Positions 1-9,464 of a stretch of 64,000 nucleotides of DNA are shown piece by piece (the first letter of the stretch is position 1; every line of letters begins with the position of its first letter). This DNA is from Myxococcota bacterium (lineage in GTDB: Bacteria > Myxococcota_A > UBA9042 > PHBI01 > JAWLBL01), in contig JAWLBL010000006.1 in assembly GCA_041687695.1 (NCBI GenBank), positions 160,001 to 224,000 of the forward strand, given 5' to 3'. A model generated the notes under the pieces. It had not been told where the DNA came from. It searched no databases and saw nothing but the letters and a program-made list of their open reading frames with translations. The position numbers and the translations under genes are program-made.

Positions 1-1032
1 CGAGCGGGCCTGCTCGAGGGCATCGGCGGCGGTGGTGACCTCGTAGCCCGAGGCCCCCGCGCGCGCGAGCAGCTCCGTCAGGCCGTGGCGGCTGGCGTCG
101 TCGCCGCCCGCGACCAGCACCGAGAGGCCGCGCAGGTTGCGGCGCTTGAGCAGGACCGGGCGCATGCCGGGGGGCTCGGGCAGGAGCTTGACGGACAAGC
201 GAAGCGCCGGGTCGGGATCGACGGCCAGCACGGCGCCGATGCGTGCCAGCGCCTGGCGGCCGGTGTCGGGGTGGGCCCAGGCCTCGGGCACCTCGGCGCC
301 CGGCGCGGGCGGGGACAGCGCTTGGGCGAGCCGCTCGAGGAGATCCCTCGGCGCGCCCTGGGGGAGCAGCCGGAAGCTCAGCACCAGGGCCTCGTCGCTG
401 GCGTGCTCGAGGCGGACCTCGACGCCGACGTCGCCGGACGCCCCGTCCCGCGTGACGCAGTCGAGGAGGGTCGCCAGGGCCTGACGCAGGGCGACCCGGT
501 CGCCGAGGGCCGCCCGCGGGACGCGCCAGTCGAACCAGCTCGTCAGCTTGACGCCCTCGACGTCCAGGTGGCGGGCCATGGTGGTGACCGCTTCGTGAAC
601 GAGTTGGCGGATGTCGAACTCCACGCCGTTTTGCTCCAGGCGGTCGGTCGCGCGCCCACCGGCGCCGTCCTCGGGGTGGTCTCCCGGGTGGACGAGGCGC
701 GCGAGGAGCTCACGGGAACGTTTGAGGCGCTCGAGGCACGGCTGCTGTTCGGGCGTCGCCTCCGTCTGTAGCAGCTGGTCGACGGTCTCGACCAGCCCAC
801 TGACGGATTCGGACGGCAACTGCACGGCCTCGGTGACCTGCTCGTCGGCCCCGGCGTGGGGGGCGACCGCTACCTCGTGGCCGGCGCGTCCGTCACCGTC
901 CTGGTGCAGCGCGAGGCGCTGGTAGGTCTGGCTGACGCGCCGGATGAGACGCGACCACTGCTCGGGCGAGGGGACGCGGGCCGCGTCGAAGAGCCCGAGC
1001 TCGTGCATCTGCTGCTCGAGGAGGGGGTGCAT
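1..1032 (-). CDS. Degenerate hybrid histidine-kinase-like protein (pseudo-HisKA, HATPase, receiver); runs off the window edge
   Basis: Not in the ORF track; translated manually from ATG at 1032. [14 protein letters not shown]...[18 protein letters not shown]-terminus, [20 protein letters not shown] (DHp-like), [12 protein letters not shown]...[16 protein letters not shown] (HATPase entry), [23 protein letters not shown] (receiver start). No stop codon down to base 1. Confidence 0.7.
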   Translation of the reverse strand, partial: MHPLLEQQMHELGLFDAARVPSPEQWSRLIRRVSQTYQRLALHQDGDGRAGHEVAVAPHAGADEQVTEAVQLPSESVSGLVETVDQLLQTEATPEQQPCLERLKRSRELLARLVHPGDHPEDGAGGRATDRLEQNGVEFDIRQLVHEAVTTMARHLDVEGVKLTSWFDWRVPRAALGDRVALRQALATLLDCVTRDGASGDVGVEVRLEHASDEALVLSFRLLPQGAPRDLLERLAQALSPPAPGAEVPEAWAHPDTGRQALARIGAVLAVDPDPALRLSVKLLPEPPGMRPVLLKRRNLRGLSVLVAGGDDASRHGLTELLARAGASGYEVTTAADALEQARS

Positions 1033-1275
1033 GGAGCCGCCACGTGCCGCGTGACTCGATCCTCGCCGCGGGCCCGGTCCGGGAGCGGGCGCGCGCCGCC
1101 GCCGGACGGGGCGCCGGCGGGGCCTTCGCGCGAGCGAGGTGCGATGATGGGGGCGGGGCGCCCTGGTCGGGCGCGACCTGCCAACAGCATGATAGACACC
1201 TTCGGGCCGGGCGCGTACATCCCGGGCGGGGTGGGCGCCGTCGGCCCGCTGATAGCGTGGGCGAGGAGAGTGGCG

Positions 1276-2073
1276 ATGAGCATCTTTCGTGAGGACGTCC
1301 TGGCCGGCCGGGTGGCGCTCGTGACCGGCGGCGGCTCGGGCATCTGCCGGGGCATCACCGAGGCCCTGATGCGTCACGGCTGCGACGCGGTCATCACCAG
1401 CCGCAAGCTCGAGCGGCTCGAGGCGGCGGCGGCCGAGCTGAGCGCCGCCACCGGCCGGCGCTGCGTCCCGGTCGCCGCGGACGTGCGCGATCCGGCGGCG
1501 GTCGACGCGGCCATCGACCGCGCCCTGGGCGAGCTGGGCGGGCTGGACATCGTCGTCAACGGCGCCGCGGGCAACTTCCTGTCGCCGGCGGCCGCCCTGA
1601 GCCCCAACGGCTTCCGGACGGTGCTGGACATCGACGCCGCCGGGACCTTCAACGTGTCCAAGGCCGCCTTCACCAAGGCCCTGAACCGGACGGGCGGCGT
1701 CATCCTCAACGTGTCGGCGACCCTGCACTACATCGGCCAGCCCTTCCAGGTGCACGCCGGATCGGCCAAGGCCGCGGTCGACGCGATGACGCGCCACCTG
1801 GCCGTCGAGTGGGGCCCGGCGGGCGTGCGGGTCAACGCCATCGCGCCGGGGCCCATCGGCGACACCGAGGGGATGCGGCGCCTGGCGCCGGGGGATCTGA
1901 AGGCGCGCATGGAGCGCAAGATCCCGCTCGGGCGCTTCGGCCGCGTCTCCGAGATCGCCGACGCGGCGGTCTTCCTGGCCAGCGACGCCGCCAGTTACAT
2001 CACGGGGGCGGTGCTGGTCGTCGACGGCGGGGCGTGGATGACCACGGGCGGCATGGATCTCATGGGCGGCTGA
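1276..2073 (+). CDS. SDR oxidoreductase, 2,4-dienoyl-CoA reductase (DECR2/Sps19)-like
   Basis: [43 protein letters not shown] motifs; GAGGAG RBS. Confidence 0.9.
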   Translation: MSIFREDVLAGRVALVTGGGSGICRGITEALMRHGCDAVITSRKLERLEAAAAELSAATGRRCVPVAADVRDPAAVDAAIDRALGELGGLDIVVNGAAGNFLSPAAALSPNGFRTVLDIDAAGTFNVSKAAFTKALNRTGGVILNVSATLHYIGQPFQVHAGSAKAAVDAMTRHLAVEWGPAGVRVNAIAPGPIGDTEGMRRLAPGDLKARMERKIPLGRFGRVSEIADAAVFLASDAASYITGAVLVVDGGAWMTTGGMDLMGG

Positions 2074-2219
2074 TCGCCGCGTCGCCGCCTGCGAAATCGG
2101 CGCCCGGTCACCTTGCGCGAGGCGCCGGGCGCCTTTACGGTCAGGGCTGTCCCGAGATCCAGCGGCCGCGCGCGCGGCCCGTCCTCCCAGACATCGACCG
2201 GTGGCCCCTGGAGGTCGCG

Positions 2220-4148
2220 ATGGGTGATCCGAACGTCGCGGCGGGCGTCGACGACAGCCAGCTCCGCGCCTTCATGCGCCGCATCCTGGACGACCTCGAG
2301 GCGCTCGAGCAGATGCTCGAGGGCGGGATGATCGAGTCGGGCGTGCGCCGCATCGGCGCCGAGCAGGAGATGTTCCTGGTCGACCGCGCGGCGGGCCCGG
2401 CCCCCATCGCGCTGCAGGTCCTCGAGACCCTGGGCGATCCGGCGTTCACGACCGAGCTGGCCCTGTTCAACCTCGAGGCGAACCTGCCGCCGCAGCACTT
2501 CGGCGGCCGCTGCCTGAGCGAGATGCACGCCCACCTCGACCGCCTGGTCGCCGCGGCGCGCGAGGCCGCGGCCCGCCACGGCGCCGACGTCCTGCTGACC
2601 GGCATCCTGCCGACCATCGCCCTCGGCGACCTGTCGCTCGACAACATGACGCCCAACCCGCGCTACCTGTCGCTCAACAACACGATGAGCCGGCTGCGCG
2701 GCGGCGCCTTCCGCACGATGATCAAGGGCCTCGACGAGCTGCAGGTCACCCACGACAACATCCTGCTCGAGGCCTGCAACACCAGCTTCCAGGTGCACTT
2801 CCAGGTCGCGCCGCAAGAGTTCGCGCGCCTGTACAACCTGGCCCAGGCGGTGACCGGGCCGGTGCTGGCCGCGGCCGTGAACTCGCCGACCATGCTGCAG
2901 CACCGCCTGTGGCGCGAGACGCGCGTGGCGCTGTTCCAGCAGTCGGTCGACGGCCGGCGCGACGTCCACCAGGCCCGCGGCGACCGCACCCGCGTCCACT
3001 TCGGCGACCGCTGGGTGCGCGAGTCGATCATCGAGCTGTTCCGAGAGGACATCGCCCGCTTCCGCGTCGTGCTGTCGACCGGCGTCGAGGAGGATCCGCT
3101 GGCGCTGGTGGCGCAGGGCATCGCGCCGTCGCTGACCGCGCTGCGCCTGCACAACGGGACCATCTACCGCTGGAACCGGCCCTGCTACGGCGTCACCGAG
3201 GGCAAGCCCCACCTGCGCATCGAGAACCGCGTGCTGCCGTCGGGCCCGACGACGGTCGACGAGGTCGCCAACGCCGCGTTCTTCTTCGGCCTGATGAGCG
3301 CGCTGGGCGACGAGTACGGCGACATCGCGCACGTCCTCGAGTTCGACCACGCCAAGGGCAACTTCACCAGCGCGGCGCGCCACGGCCTGATGGCGCAGCT
3401 GACCTGGATCGGCGGCCAGAACTACAAAGCCTCCGAGCTGATCCTGGACCACCTGCTGCCGCTGGCGCGGCAGGGGCTGGCGGCGCGCAACATCGACGCG
3501 GGTGACGCGGACCGCTACCTGGGGGTCGTCGAGGAGCGCGTGCGCAGCGGGCAGACCGGCGCGCAGTGGGCGCTGCGGTCGCTGGCGTCGATGAACGGGC
3601 ACGGCGGCCAGGGCAAGGAGGGCCGCTTCCGGACGCTGGCGAAGGCGACGCTGGCCCTGCAGAAGCAGGGGCAGCCCGTGCACACCTGGCCGCTGGCCGT
3701 CGCGCAGCCGTCGGCGGCGGACGACTGGCGCGACAGCTACCGGTATGTCGGCCAGATCATGACCCGCGACCTCTTCACCGTGCGACCGGGGGATCTCGTG
3801 GATCTCGCCGCCAGCGTGATGACCTGGGAGCACATCCGCCACGTGCCCGTCGAGGACGACGAGGGCCACCTGGTGGGCCTGGTCAGCCACCGCGATCTGC
3901 TCAAGCTGGTGGGCCGCGGCACGGCGCCGTCGCCGATGGCCGTCGAGAGGATCATGAAGCGCGACGTGCTGACCGTGTCGCCGAAGACCAGCACGCTCGA
4001 GGCGCTGCGGCTGATGCGTGACGCGCGCGTCGGCTGCGTCCCGGTCGTCGAGGACGGGCGCCTGGTGGGCCTGGTCACCGAGACGGATCTCCTGACCGTC
4101 GCCGCGGCCATCATGGAGCACGAGCTGAGCCGCCCCAGCGACGCGTAG
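2220..4148 (+). CDS. Glutamate-cysteine ligase family 2 (GCS2-like) protein with C-terminal CBS pair
   Basis: IGAEQE, TELALFNLE, EACNTSFQVH, HNGTIYRWNRPCY, HLRIENRVLPSGPT; two CBS repeats (IMTRDLFTV...IRHVPV...LVGLVS; IMKRDVLTV...LVGLVTETD); GGAGG RBS. Confidence 0.88.
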   Translation: MGDPNVAAGVDDSQLRAFMRRILDDLEALEQMLEGGMIESGVRRIGAEQEMFLVDRAAGPAPIALQVLETLGDPAFTTELALFNLEANLPPQHFGGRCLSEMHAHLDRLVAAAREAAARHGADVLLTGILPTIALGDLSLDNMTPNPRYLSLNNTMSRLRGGAFRTMIKGLDELQVTHDNILLEACNTSFQVHFQVAPQEFARLYNLAQAVTGPVLAAAVNSPTMLQHRLWRETRVALFQQSVDGRRDVHQARGDRTRVHFGDRWVRESIIELFREDIARFRVVLSTGVEEDPLALVAQGIAPSLTALRLHNGTIYRWNRPCYGVTEGKPHLRIENRVLPSGPTTVDEVANAAFFFGLMSALGDEYGDIAHVLEFDHAKGNFTSAARHGLMAQLTWIGGQNYKASELILDHLLPLARQGLAARNIDAGDADRYLGVVEERVRSGQTGAQWALRSLASMNGHGGQGKEGRFRTLAKATLALQKQGQPVHTWPLAVAQPSAADDWRDSYRYVGQIMTRDLFTVRPGDLVDLAASVMTWEHIRHVPVEDDEGHLVGLVSHRDLLKLVGRGTAPSPMAVERIMKRDVLTVSPKTSTLEALRLMRDARVGCVPVVEDGRLVGLVTETDLLTVAAAIMEHELSRPSDA

Positions 4149-4224
4149 GCGGCCCGCTCGGGGTGTCGGCGCGGCTGGGAGGCGAGGGCGAGGGCGACGG
4201 CGGCGAACAGGGCGCCGGCCGCGG

Positions 4225-5415
4225 TCACGGCCGCGGGTGGGCCATGAAGAACTCCATGGCGATCTCGCCCCAGGTGAAGGCGTTGGGCGGCTGGCAGCCG
4301 AAGCCGACGATCTGGCCGGGGGCGCCGCCGTTCTGGTCGCCGCTGCCCGGGTAGCAGTGGCCGGTGATGAGGAGGGACTTGGCCAGGTAGTCGTGCGCCA
4401 CGAGCTCGTAGACGGCCCCGTTCGGGCCCTCGAAGCGGGTCCACTCGTGGTCGCCGTCCTTCGAGATCACCTGGGTCTGCTTCAGATCCCAGCCGTCGAC
4501 GACGGCCTCGTGCTGCAGCTCGGCGCAGGCCCAGCTGACGATGCCGTCCTTGCGCCCGTGCATGTACAGCACGGGGATGGGCTGCGAGGGCATCTGCCCC
4601 GCCGAGAAGGCGCACGCCGTCGCGCCCGACCACGAGCAGCCGGCCGCCGGCGCCACCGAGGCCAGCGCGTCGGCGTGCTCGCACAGAAAGCGCCAGGTCA
4701 TGAAGCCGCCCTGCGAGAAGCCCGTGAAGTGCAGGCGCTTTTCGTCGATGGCCAGGGCCTCGATGGCGCGCTGCACGAACTCCCAGACGTCGTCGTCGTC
4801 GCCGCCGGTGTTCGACCAGGCCGGCGGCAGCCCCTTGGCCGTGGGCTGCACGACGACGTAACCGTACTGCTTGCCGAGCGCGCGCATGTCCGTGTTGTCG
4901 TCCTGCATCTGCGCGCTCATCGTGAACCCGTGCACGTCGACCACCAGCCCGCACCCGCCCCCGGTGCACTGCGGCGGGATCTCGACGTCGAAGTCGAAGC
5001 CGAAGCAGCTGAAGAGGTGGTGGCCGGCCTCGACGCTGGTCACGCAGTCGTTCGGCGCCGGCGACGGACCCGGCGCCGCGTCGGCCACGGTCTCGGCCTC
5101 GGTGTCAGCCACGGTCTCGGCCTCGGCGTCAGCCACGGTCTCGGCCACGGCATCGGCCACGGTCTCGGCCTCGGCGTCAGCCACGGCCGCGGTCTCGGCC
5201 ACGGCGTCGGCCACGGCCACGGCCTCGGCCACGGCGTCGGCCACGGTCTCGGCCACGGCATCGGCCACGGTCACCGCGTCATCGGCCTCTCCGTCCGAAC
5301 GAGCCACGCTCTCGGCCTCGGCCGCCGCGTCGTCGCCCCCCGCGTCCCCCCCGATCACCGCGTCACCGCACGCCGCGACCAGCACCAGCCCGGCCCACCA
5401 CAGCGCCTCCCGCAT
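4225..5415 (-). CDS. Lipoprotein, PHB-depolymerase/LpqC-like alpha/beta esterase with A/V/E/T/D-rich linker
   Basis: Signal peptide with LVAAC lipobox, repeat linker, VHG, TGFSQGG nucleophile elbow, MHGRKD, GHC. Confidence 0.8.
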   Translation of the reverse strand: MREALWWAGLVLVAACGDAVIGGDAGGDDAAAEAESVARSDGEADDAVTVADAVAETVADAVAEAVAVADAVAETAAVADAEAETVADAVAETVADAEAETVADTEAETVADAAPGPSPAPNDCVTSVEAGHHLFSCFGFDFDVEIPPQCTGGGCGLVVDVHGFTMSAQMQDDNTDMRALGKQYGYVVVQPTAKGLPPAWSNTGGDDDDVWEFVQRAIEALAIDEKRLHFTGFSQGGFMTWRFLCEHADALASVAPAAGCSWSGATACAFSAGQMPSQPIPVLYMHGRKDGIVSWACAELQHEAVVDGWDLKQTQVISKDGDHEWTRFEGPNGAVYELVAHDYLAKSLLITGHCYPGSGDQNGGAPGQIVGFGCQPPNAFTWGEIAMEFFMAHPRP

Positions 5416-5548
5416 CGCTCCCCCCACGGCCTCGTCCGTCGCCCGCCATCCTACCTCACCCCACGGCGCCGGGAACAAGCCAAGCCCACCGTCGCTTGAC
5501 ACGGCCACGGCCGGGGCCGCCCAATGGCCCCCGCGGGAGGAGCACGGC

Positions 5549-6922
5549 ATGGCGCGCGACTGGGAGGATCTGGCGGGCGAGAAGGGGCAGGTGGTCCCCT
5601 CCGGCCGGCTCAAGCGGCTCTTCAAGATGGGCTCGCTGGGCGTCAGCATGTCCGCCTCGGTCGTCGCCCAGAAGATGGCCGGCTTCGTGTCGGGGCAGAA
5701 GGAGGGCGACGATCCGCTGTCGGCCCTGCGCGCCAAGCACGCCGACAAGGTCGTGAAGGTCCTGGGCGAGCTCAAGGGCGCGTCGATGAAGCTCGGGCAG
5801 ATCCTGTCGGCCGACCCGGACCTGGTCCCGGCCGAGTACGGCGACGCCCTGCGGGTCCTGCAGCGCAGCGCGCCGCCGATGACCTGGGCGACCATCCAGG
5901 CCCAGGTCGAGCGGGCCTTCGACCAGCCCATCTCGGCCGTCTACCGCTTCTTCGATCCCGAGCCCATCGGCTCGGCCTCCATCGGGCAGGTCCACCGCGC
6001 GACGCTGATGAGCGGCGAGGACGTCGCCGTGAAGATCCAGTACCCGGGCGTGCTCGAGTCGCTCGAGGCGGATCTCAAGAACCTGGGGTCGCTGCTGACC
6101 CTGGGCCGCGCCTTCGTCGACAAGCGGCGCCTCGACGAGTACCTGGCCGAGTGCCGCAAGGCGGTCATCGAGGAGGCCGACTACGAGCTCGAGGCCCGCA
6201 ACCTGCGCCGCTTCCACGAGCTGCTGCAGGACCGGGAGGGGCTGCGCGCGCCGCGCCCGTACGAGGAGTGGACCCGCCCCACGGTGCTGACGATGGAGCT
6301 CGTCCACGGCACCAAGCTCGACGAGGCCGTCGCCGCCATGGACGACGGGCCGCGCCGCCAGGCCCTGCTCGAGCGCTGGGTCCGCGCCTACGTCTGGATG
6401 TTTCACGAGCTGTTCCAGCTGCACGCCGACCCGCACCCGGGCAACTTCCTGGTCGACGCCGACGACACGCTGGTCATGCTGGACTTCGGCTGCGTCAAGG
6501 CGTGCGATCCGACCTTCGCCGACGGCATCCTGAGCGTGATGGACGCCTGCTGGCAGCGCGACGCGCAGCGGGTCGCGCGCCTGTACCGCGAGCTGGGCTT
6601 CGGCAAGGCCGGCGAGCGCGAGGACGCGTTCGACCCCGAGCTGCTCCGCCAGTACCACGACATGCTGCTCGCGCCCTTCCTGCTCGACCGCGAGTTCGAC
6701 TTCGGCGCCTGGGGCCTGCGCGACCAGATGCAGCGCTTCATGCTGCGCCACCCGCGCTTCATCCGCATGGTCCCGCCGGCCGAGGCCGTCCTTGTCGCCC
6801 GCGTCATGAGCGGCATCAAGGGCCTGCTCGCCCGCTCGGGCGCCAAGCTCAACGTGCACCGCATCGCCCTCGAGACCGCCGAGCGCCGCGGCGTCCTGAC
6901 CGGCCCGCCGACCTACCGCTGA
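5549..6922 (+). CDS. ABC1/UbiB/AarF family atypical kinase
   Basis: LKGASMKLGQ, SASIGQVHRA, VAVKIQYPG, HADPHPGN, LDFG; GGAGGAG RBS. Confidence 0.92.
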   Translation: MARDWEDLAGEKGQVVPSGRLKRLFKMGSLGVSMSASVVAQKMAGFVSGQKEGDDPLSALRAKHADKVVKVLGELKGASMKLGQILSADPDLVPAEYGDALRVLQRSAPPMTWATIQAQVERAFDQPISAVYRFFDPEPIGSASIGQVHRATLMSGEDVAVKIQYPGVLESLEADLKNLGSLLTLGRAFVDKRRLDEYLAECRKAVIEEADYELEARNLRRFHELLQDREGLRAPRPYEEWTRPTVLTMELVHGTKLDEAVAAMDDGPRRQALLERWVRAYVWMFHELFQLHADPHPGNFLVDADDTLVMLDFGCVKACDPTFADGILSVMDACWQRDAQRVARLYRELGFGKAGEREDAFDPELLRQYHDMLLAPFLLDREFDFGAWGLRDQMQRFMLRHPRFIRMVPPAEAVLVARVMSGIKGLLARSGAKLNVHRIALETAERRGVLTGPPTYR

Positions 6923-6950
6923 CGCGCCGCGGCCGGACCCCGGCTGGGTG

Positions 6951-7103
6951 GCCGTGGACCGTGGCCGAGGCCGAGGCCGTCCGTCGCGGTGGCGCCCGAC
7001 CTGGCGCGTAGCGAGCTGCGCGACCCACGAGCACGAGCAAGCTCGTGCAGTCCAGACGCAGCGTCCCGATGTGGCGGCCAAGGCCTCGGCCACGGTCCAC
7101 GGC
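6951..7103. repeat. 22-bp perfect inverted repeat enclosing REP-like hairpins
   Basis: 6951-6972 GCCGTGGACCGTGGCCGAGGCC is the reverse complement of 7082-7103; internal hairpin GCACGAGC-AA-GCTCGTGC at 7031-7048. Confidence 0.85.
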
Positions 7104-7205
7104 ACAGTCCACGGCCACGGTCCACGGCCACGGTCCACGGCCACGGTCCACGGCCACGGTCCACGGCCACGGTCCACGGCCACGGTCCACGGCCACGGAC
7201 CACGG
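7090..7205. repeat. Tandem 13-bp repeat (CCACGGTCCACGG), about 9 units, intergenic
   Basis: Direct reading; six consecutive perfect units at 7115-7192 plus flanking units, some variant; degenerate hexamers continue to about 7257. Confidence 0.92.
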
Positions 7206-7389
7206 TCTCGGCCTCGGTCCCTCGGCCACTGCCCACGGCCTCGGCCACGGCCACGGTCATCGCGTCAGAGGATGCGCAGAGGGTCGCAGTCCAGGCCTGA
7301 CGCCCCCCTTCCGATCCCGATCGTTAGCCCCGGCCGGGGAAGTTGCCCCTGTGGGCGCGGGCCGCTAGCTTGGCCGCCCGGAGGCCCGC

Positions 7390-8940
7390 ATGATCCGCTC
7401 GCTCGGCGAGGCCCTGGCGCGCTTCGCTGGCCGCTGGGTGCCCGACCCGTTCTCCATCGCCCTCACGCTGACCGTCCTGTCGCTCCTCGCCGCCTGGGCC
7501 TTCACCGGCCTCGGCCCCCTCGAGCTGGCCGGCCTGTGGGGCGGCCGCGTCCGGGACGGCGCGCTGCTGCCCGGCGAGCAGGGCCTGTGGCGCCTGCTCG
7601 AGTTCGCGATGCAGATGTGCCTCATCCTGGTGACCGGCCACGCCCTGGCCTCGTCGCGTCCGGTCCGCGCCCTGGTCGGCCGCCTGGCCGCCGTCCCGCG
7701 CACCGCCCGCCAGGCCGTCGCCCTGACCGCCCTCACCGCCATGCTGGCCGCCCTGGTCAACTGGGGCCTCGGCCTCGTGGTCGGCGCCCTGACCGCCCGC
7801 GAGGTGGGCCTGGCTGCGCGCCGCCGCGGCCTGCGTGTGCACTACCCGCTGCTGGGCGCGGCCGGCTACGCGGGGCTGATGGTGTGGCACGGCGGCCTGT
7901 CCGGCTCGGCCCCGCTGACCGTCACGCAAGAGGGCAAGCTGGCGGCCCTGCTCGGCGATCCCACGCTGCCGCCCATCCCGCTGGGCGAGACCCTGTTCAG
8001 CCCGATGAACCTGACCGTCACGGCCGCGCTCTTGATCGCCGCGCCGGCCCTGCTGGCCCTGATGCTGCCCCGCGACCCCGCCCAGATCGTCGAGGTCGAC
8101 CCCGCGGTCGCGCCCGAGGAGGCTGTAGTGAACAATGGGGTTCGTCGGATCCGCGTCGAGGTCGGAGCAGATCCGGTTCCGGGAGACCGAGGTGAACCGG
8201 GCGGTTCGCCGCAGCGTCTCCCGGGGCCGGAGCTGCCCGAGATCGGCCGGAGCCGGCGAATCAGCTTGTTCACTGCAGCCTCCGAACCCCCGCCCGCCGC
8301 CGCCGCTGCCCCGACCACGCCCGCGGAGCGCCTCGACCGCTCGCGCCTGCTCGCCTTCGTCGTCGGCGGCCTCGGCCTCGCCTACCTGGTCCGCTACCTG
8401 GGCCTCATCGGCTGGGACAAGGCCGACCTCAACAGCGTCAACCTGCTGTTCCTGTCGCTGGGCCTCCTCCTGCACGCCAGCCCCGTCGCCTACGGCGCCG
8501 CCATCGCCGACGCCGCCCGCGGCGCCTCGGGCATCATCCTGCAGTTCCCCTTCTACGCCGGCATCATGGGCGTGATGGCCCTGTCGGGCCTCCTCGAGGA
8601 CGTGGCCCGCGCGGTGGTCGACGTGTCGGGGCCGCTGTCCTACGGCCCGCTGACCTTCGCCTCGGCCGGCGCCGTCAACCTGTTCGTGCCCTCGGGCGGC
8701 GGCCAGTGGGCCATCCAGGGCCCGCTGGTGCTCGACGCCGCGCGCGCCCTGGACGTGCCGCTGGGCAAGGCCGTGATGGCCTTCAGCTACGGCGACGAGT
8801 GGACCAACATGCTGCAGCCGTTCTGGGCCCTGCCGCTGCTGGCCATCACGGGCCTGACCGCGCGAGACCTCATCGGCTACACGGCGGCCCTGATGCTGCT
8901 CTCGGCGCCCATCTACCTGGGCGCGCTGCTGGTCTTCTGA
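7390..8940 (+). CDS. atoE: Short-chain fatty acid transporter (AtoE family) carrying an in-frame insertion
   Basis: VPDPF, LLEFAMQMCLILVTGHALA, WHGGLSGSAPL, ILQFPFYAGIMG, NLFVPSGGGQW, GDEWTNMLQPFWALP. Confidence 0.88.
   Translation: MIRSLGEALARFAGRWVPDPFSIALTLTVLSLLAAWAFTGLGPLELAGLWGGRVRDGALLPGEQGLWRLLEFAMQMCLILVTGHALASSRPVRALVGRLAAVPRTARQAVALTALTAMLAALVNWGLGLVVGALTAREVGLAARRRGLRVHYPLLGAAGYAGLMVWHGGLSGSAPLTVTQEGKLAALLGDPTLPPIPLGETLFSPMNLTVTAALLIAAPALLALMLPRDPAQIVEVDPAVAPEEAVVNNGVRRIRVEVGADPVPGDRGEPGGSPQRLPGPELPEIGRSRRISLFTAASEPPPAAAAAPTTPAERLDRSRLLAFVVGGLGLAYLVRYLGLIGWDKADLNSVNLLFLSLGLLLHASPVAYGAAIADAARGASGIILQFPFYAGIMGVMALSGLLEDVARAVVDVSGPLSYGPLTFASAGAVNLFVPSGGGQWAIQGPLVLDAARALDVPLGKAVMAFSYGDEWTNMLQPFWALPLLAITGLTARDLIGYTAALMLLSAPIYLGALLVF
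8118..8283. mobile_element. MITE-like element, 166 bp, 18-bp terminal inverted repeats
   Basis: 8118-8135 GGAGGCTGTAGTGAACAA versus 8266-8283 TTGTTCACTGCAGCCTCC (17/18 inverted match); GA on both flanks; atypical codons (GCT GTA AAT GTT CGT) inside. Confidence 0.8.
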
Positions 8941-9314
8941 TGGCCCACCGCGTGTTCGTCTACGGCTCGCTGATGGGCGGGCTGCGCTACCACGCGCTGC
9001 TGGCCGGCGCGCAGGCGCTTGGGCCGGCACGCACGGCCGAGCCGCTGCGGATGCTGGATCTGGGCGACTGGCCGGGGCTGCGCGAGGGCGGGGGCGGGCC
9101 GGTCGAGGGCGAGCTGTACGAGGTGGACGACGCGACGCTGGCCGAGCTGGACCAGCTCGAGGACGTGCCCTCGCTGTACGTGCGGCGCCGGATTGCGCTG
9201 GACGGCGGCGGGACAGCGTGGATCTACATCCTGGCGGCGGGTTGCGGGCTCGACGGGCCGGTCGTCGCCGGCGGCTGCTGGCGTGCCCATCTGGCGCGGC
9301 GCAGTGTGACGTGA
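8940..9314 (+). CDS. Gamma-glutamylcyclotransferase (GGCT/AIG2-like)
   Basis: VFVYGSL, VEGELYEV, LDQLE...Y.R, AWIY; TGATG overlap with atoE stop. Confidence 0.9.
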   Translation: MAHRVFVYGSLMGGLRYHALLAGAQALGPARTAEPLRMLDLGDWPGLREGGGGPVEGELYEVDDATLAELDQLEDVPSLYVRRRIALDGGGTAWIYILAAGCGLDGPVVAGGCWRAHLARRSVT

Positions 9315-9392
9315 ATGTCGCGAGTGTGGTCGAATTACACATGCCAGGCGGCCGCGGGGCGCCTGCGCGGCTGGCTCTGGTGGGGCGGCGCC

Positions 9393-9408
9393 TGGCATAC
9401 TGATTGCT
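9393..9408 (+). promoter_or_regulatory. Sigma-54 (-24/-12) promoter
   Basis: TGGCATACTGATTGCT: GG and GC separated by exactly 10 nt, ending 56 nt upstream of the ATG at 9465. Confidence 0.72.
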
Positions 9409-9464
9409 AAGTCATTCGCTGCGGCCGGAAATGGGGCCAGCCGCGCACACAGCGGGAGGGAACG

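Noticed and set aside
7090..7205. CRISPR array
   Set aside because: 13-bp units are contiguous with no unique spacers, and there are no cas genes.
6849..7368. Short ORFs made of VDRGRGPWPWT / HGHGPRPRST repeats
   Set aside because: Translations of the 13-bp tandem repeat; the non-triplet period argues against coding.
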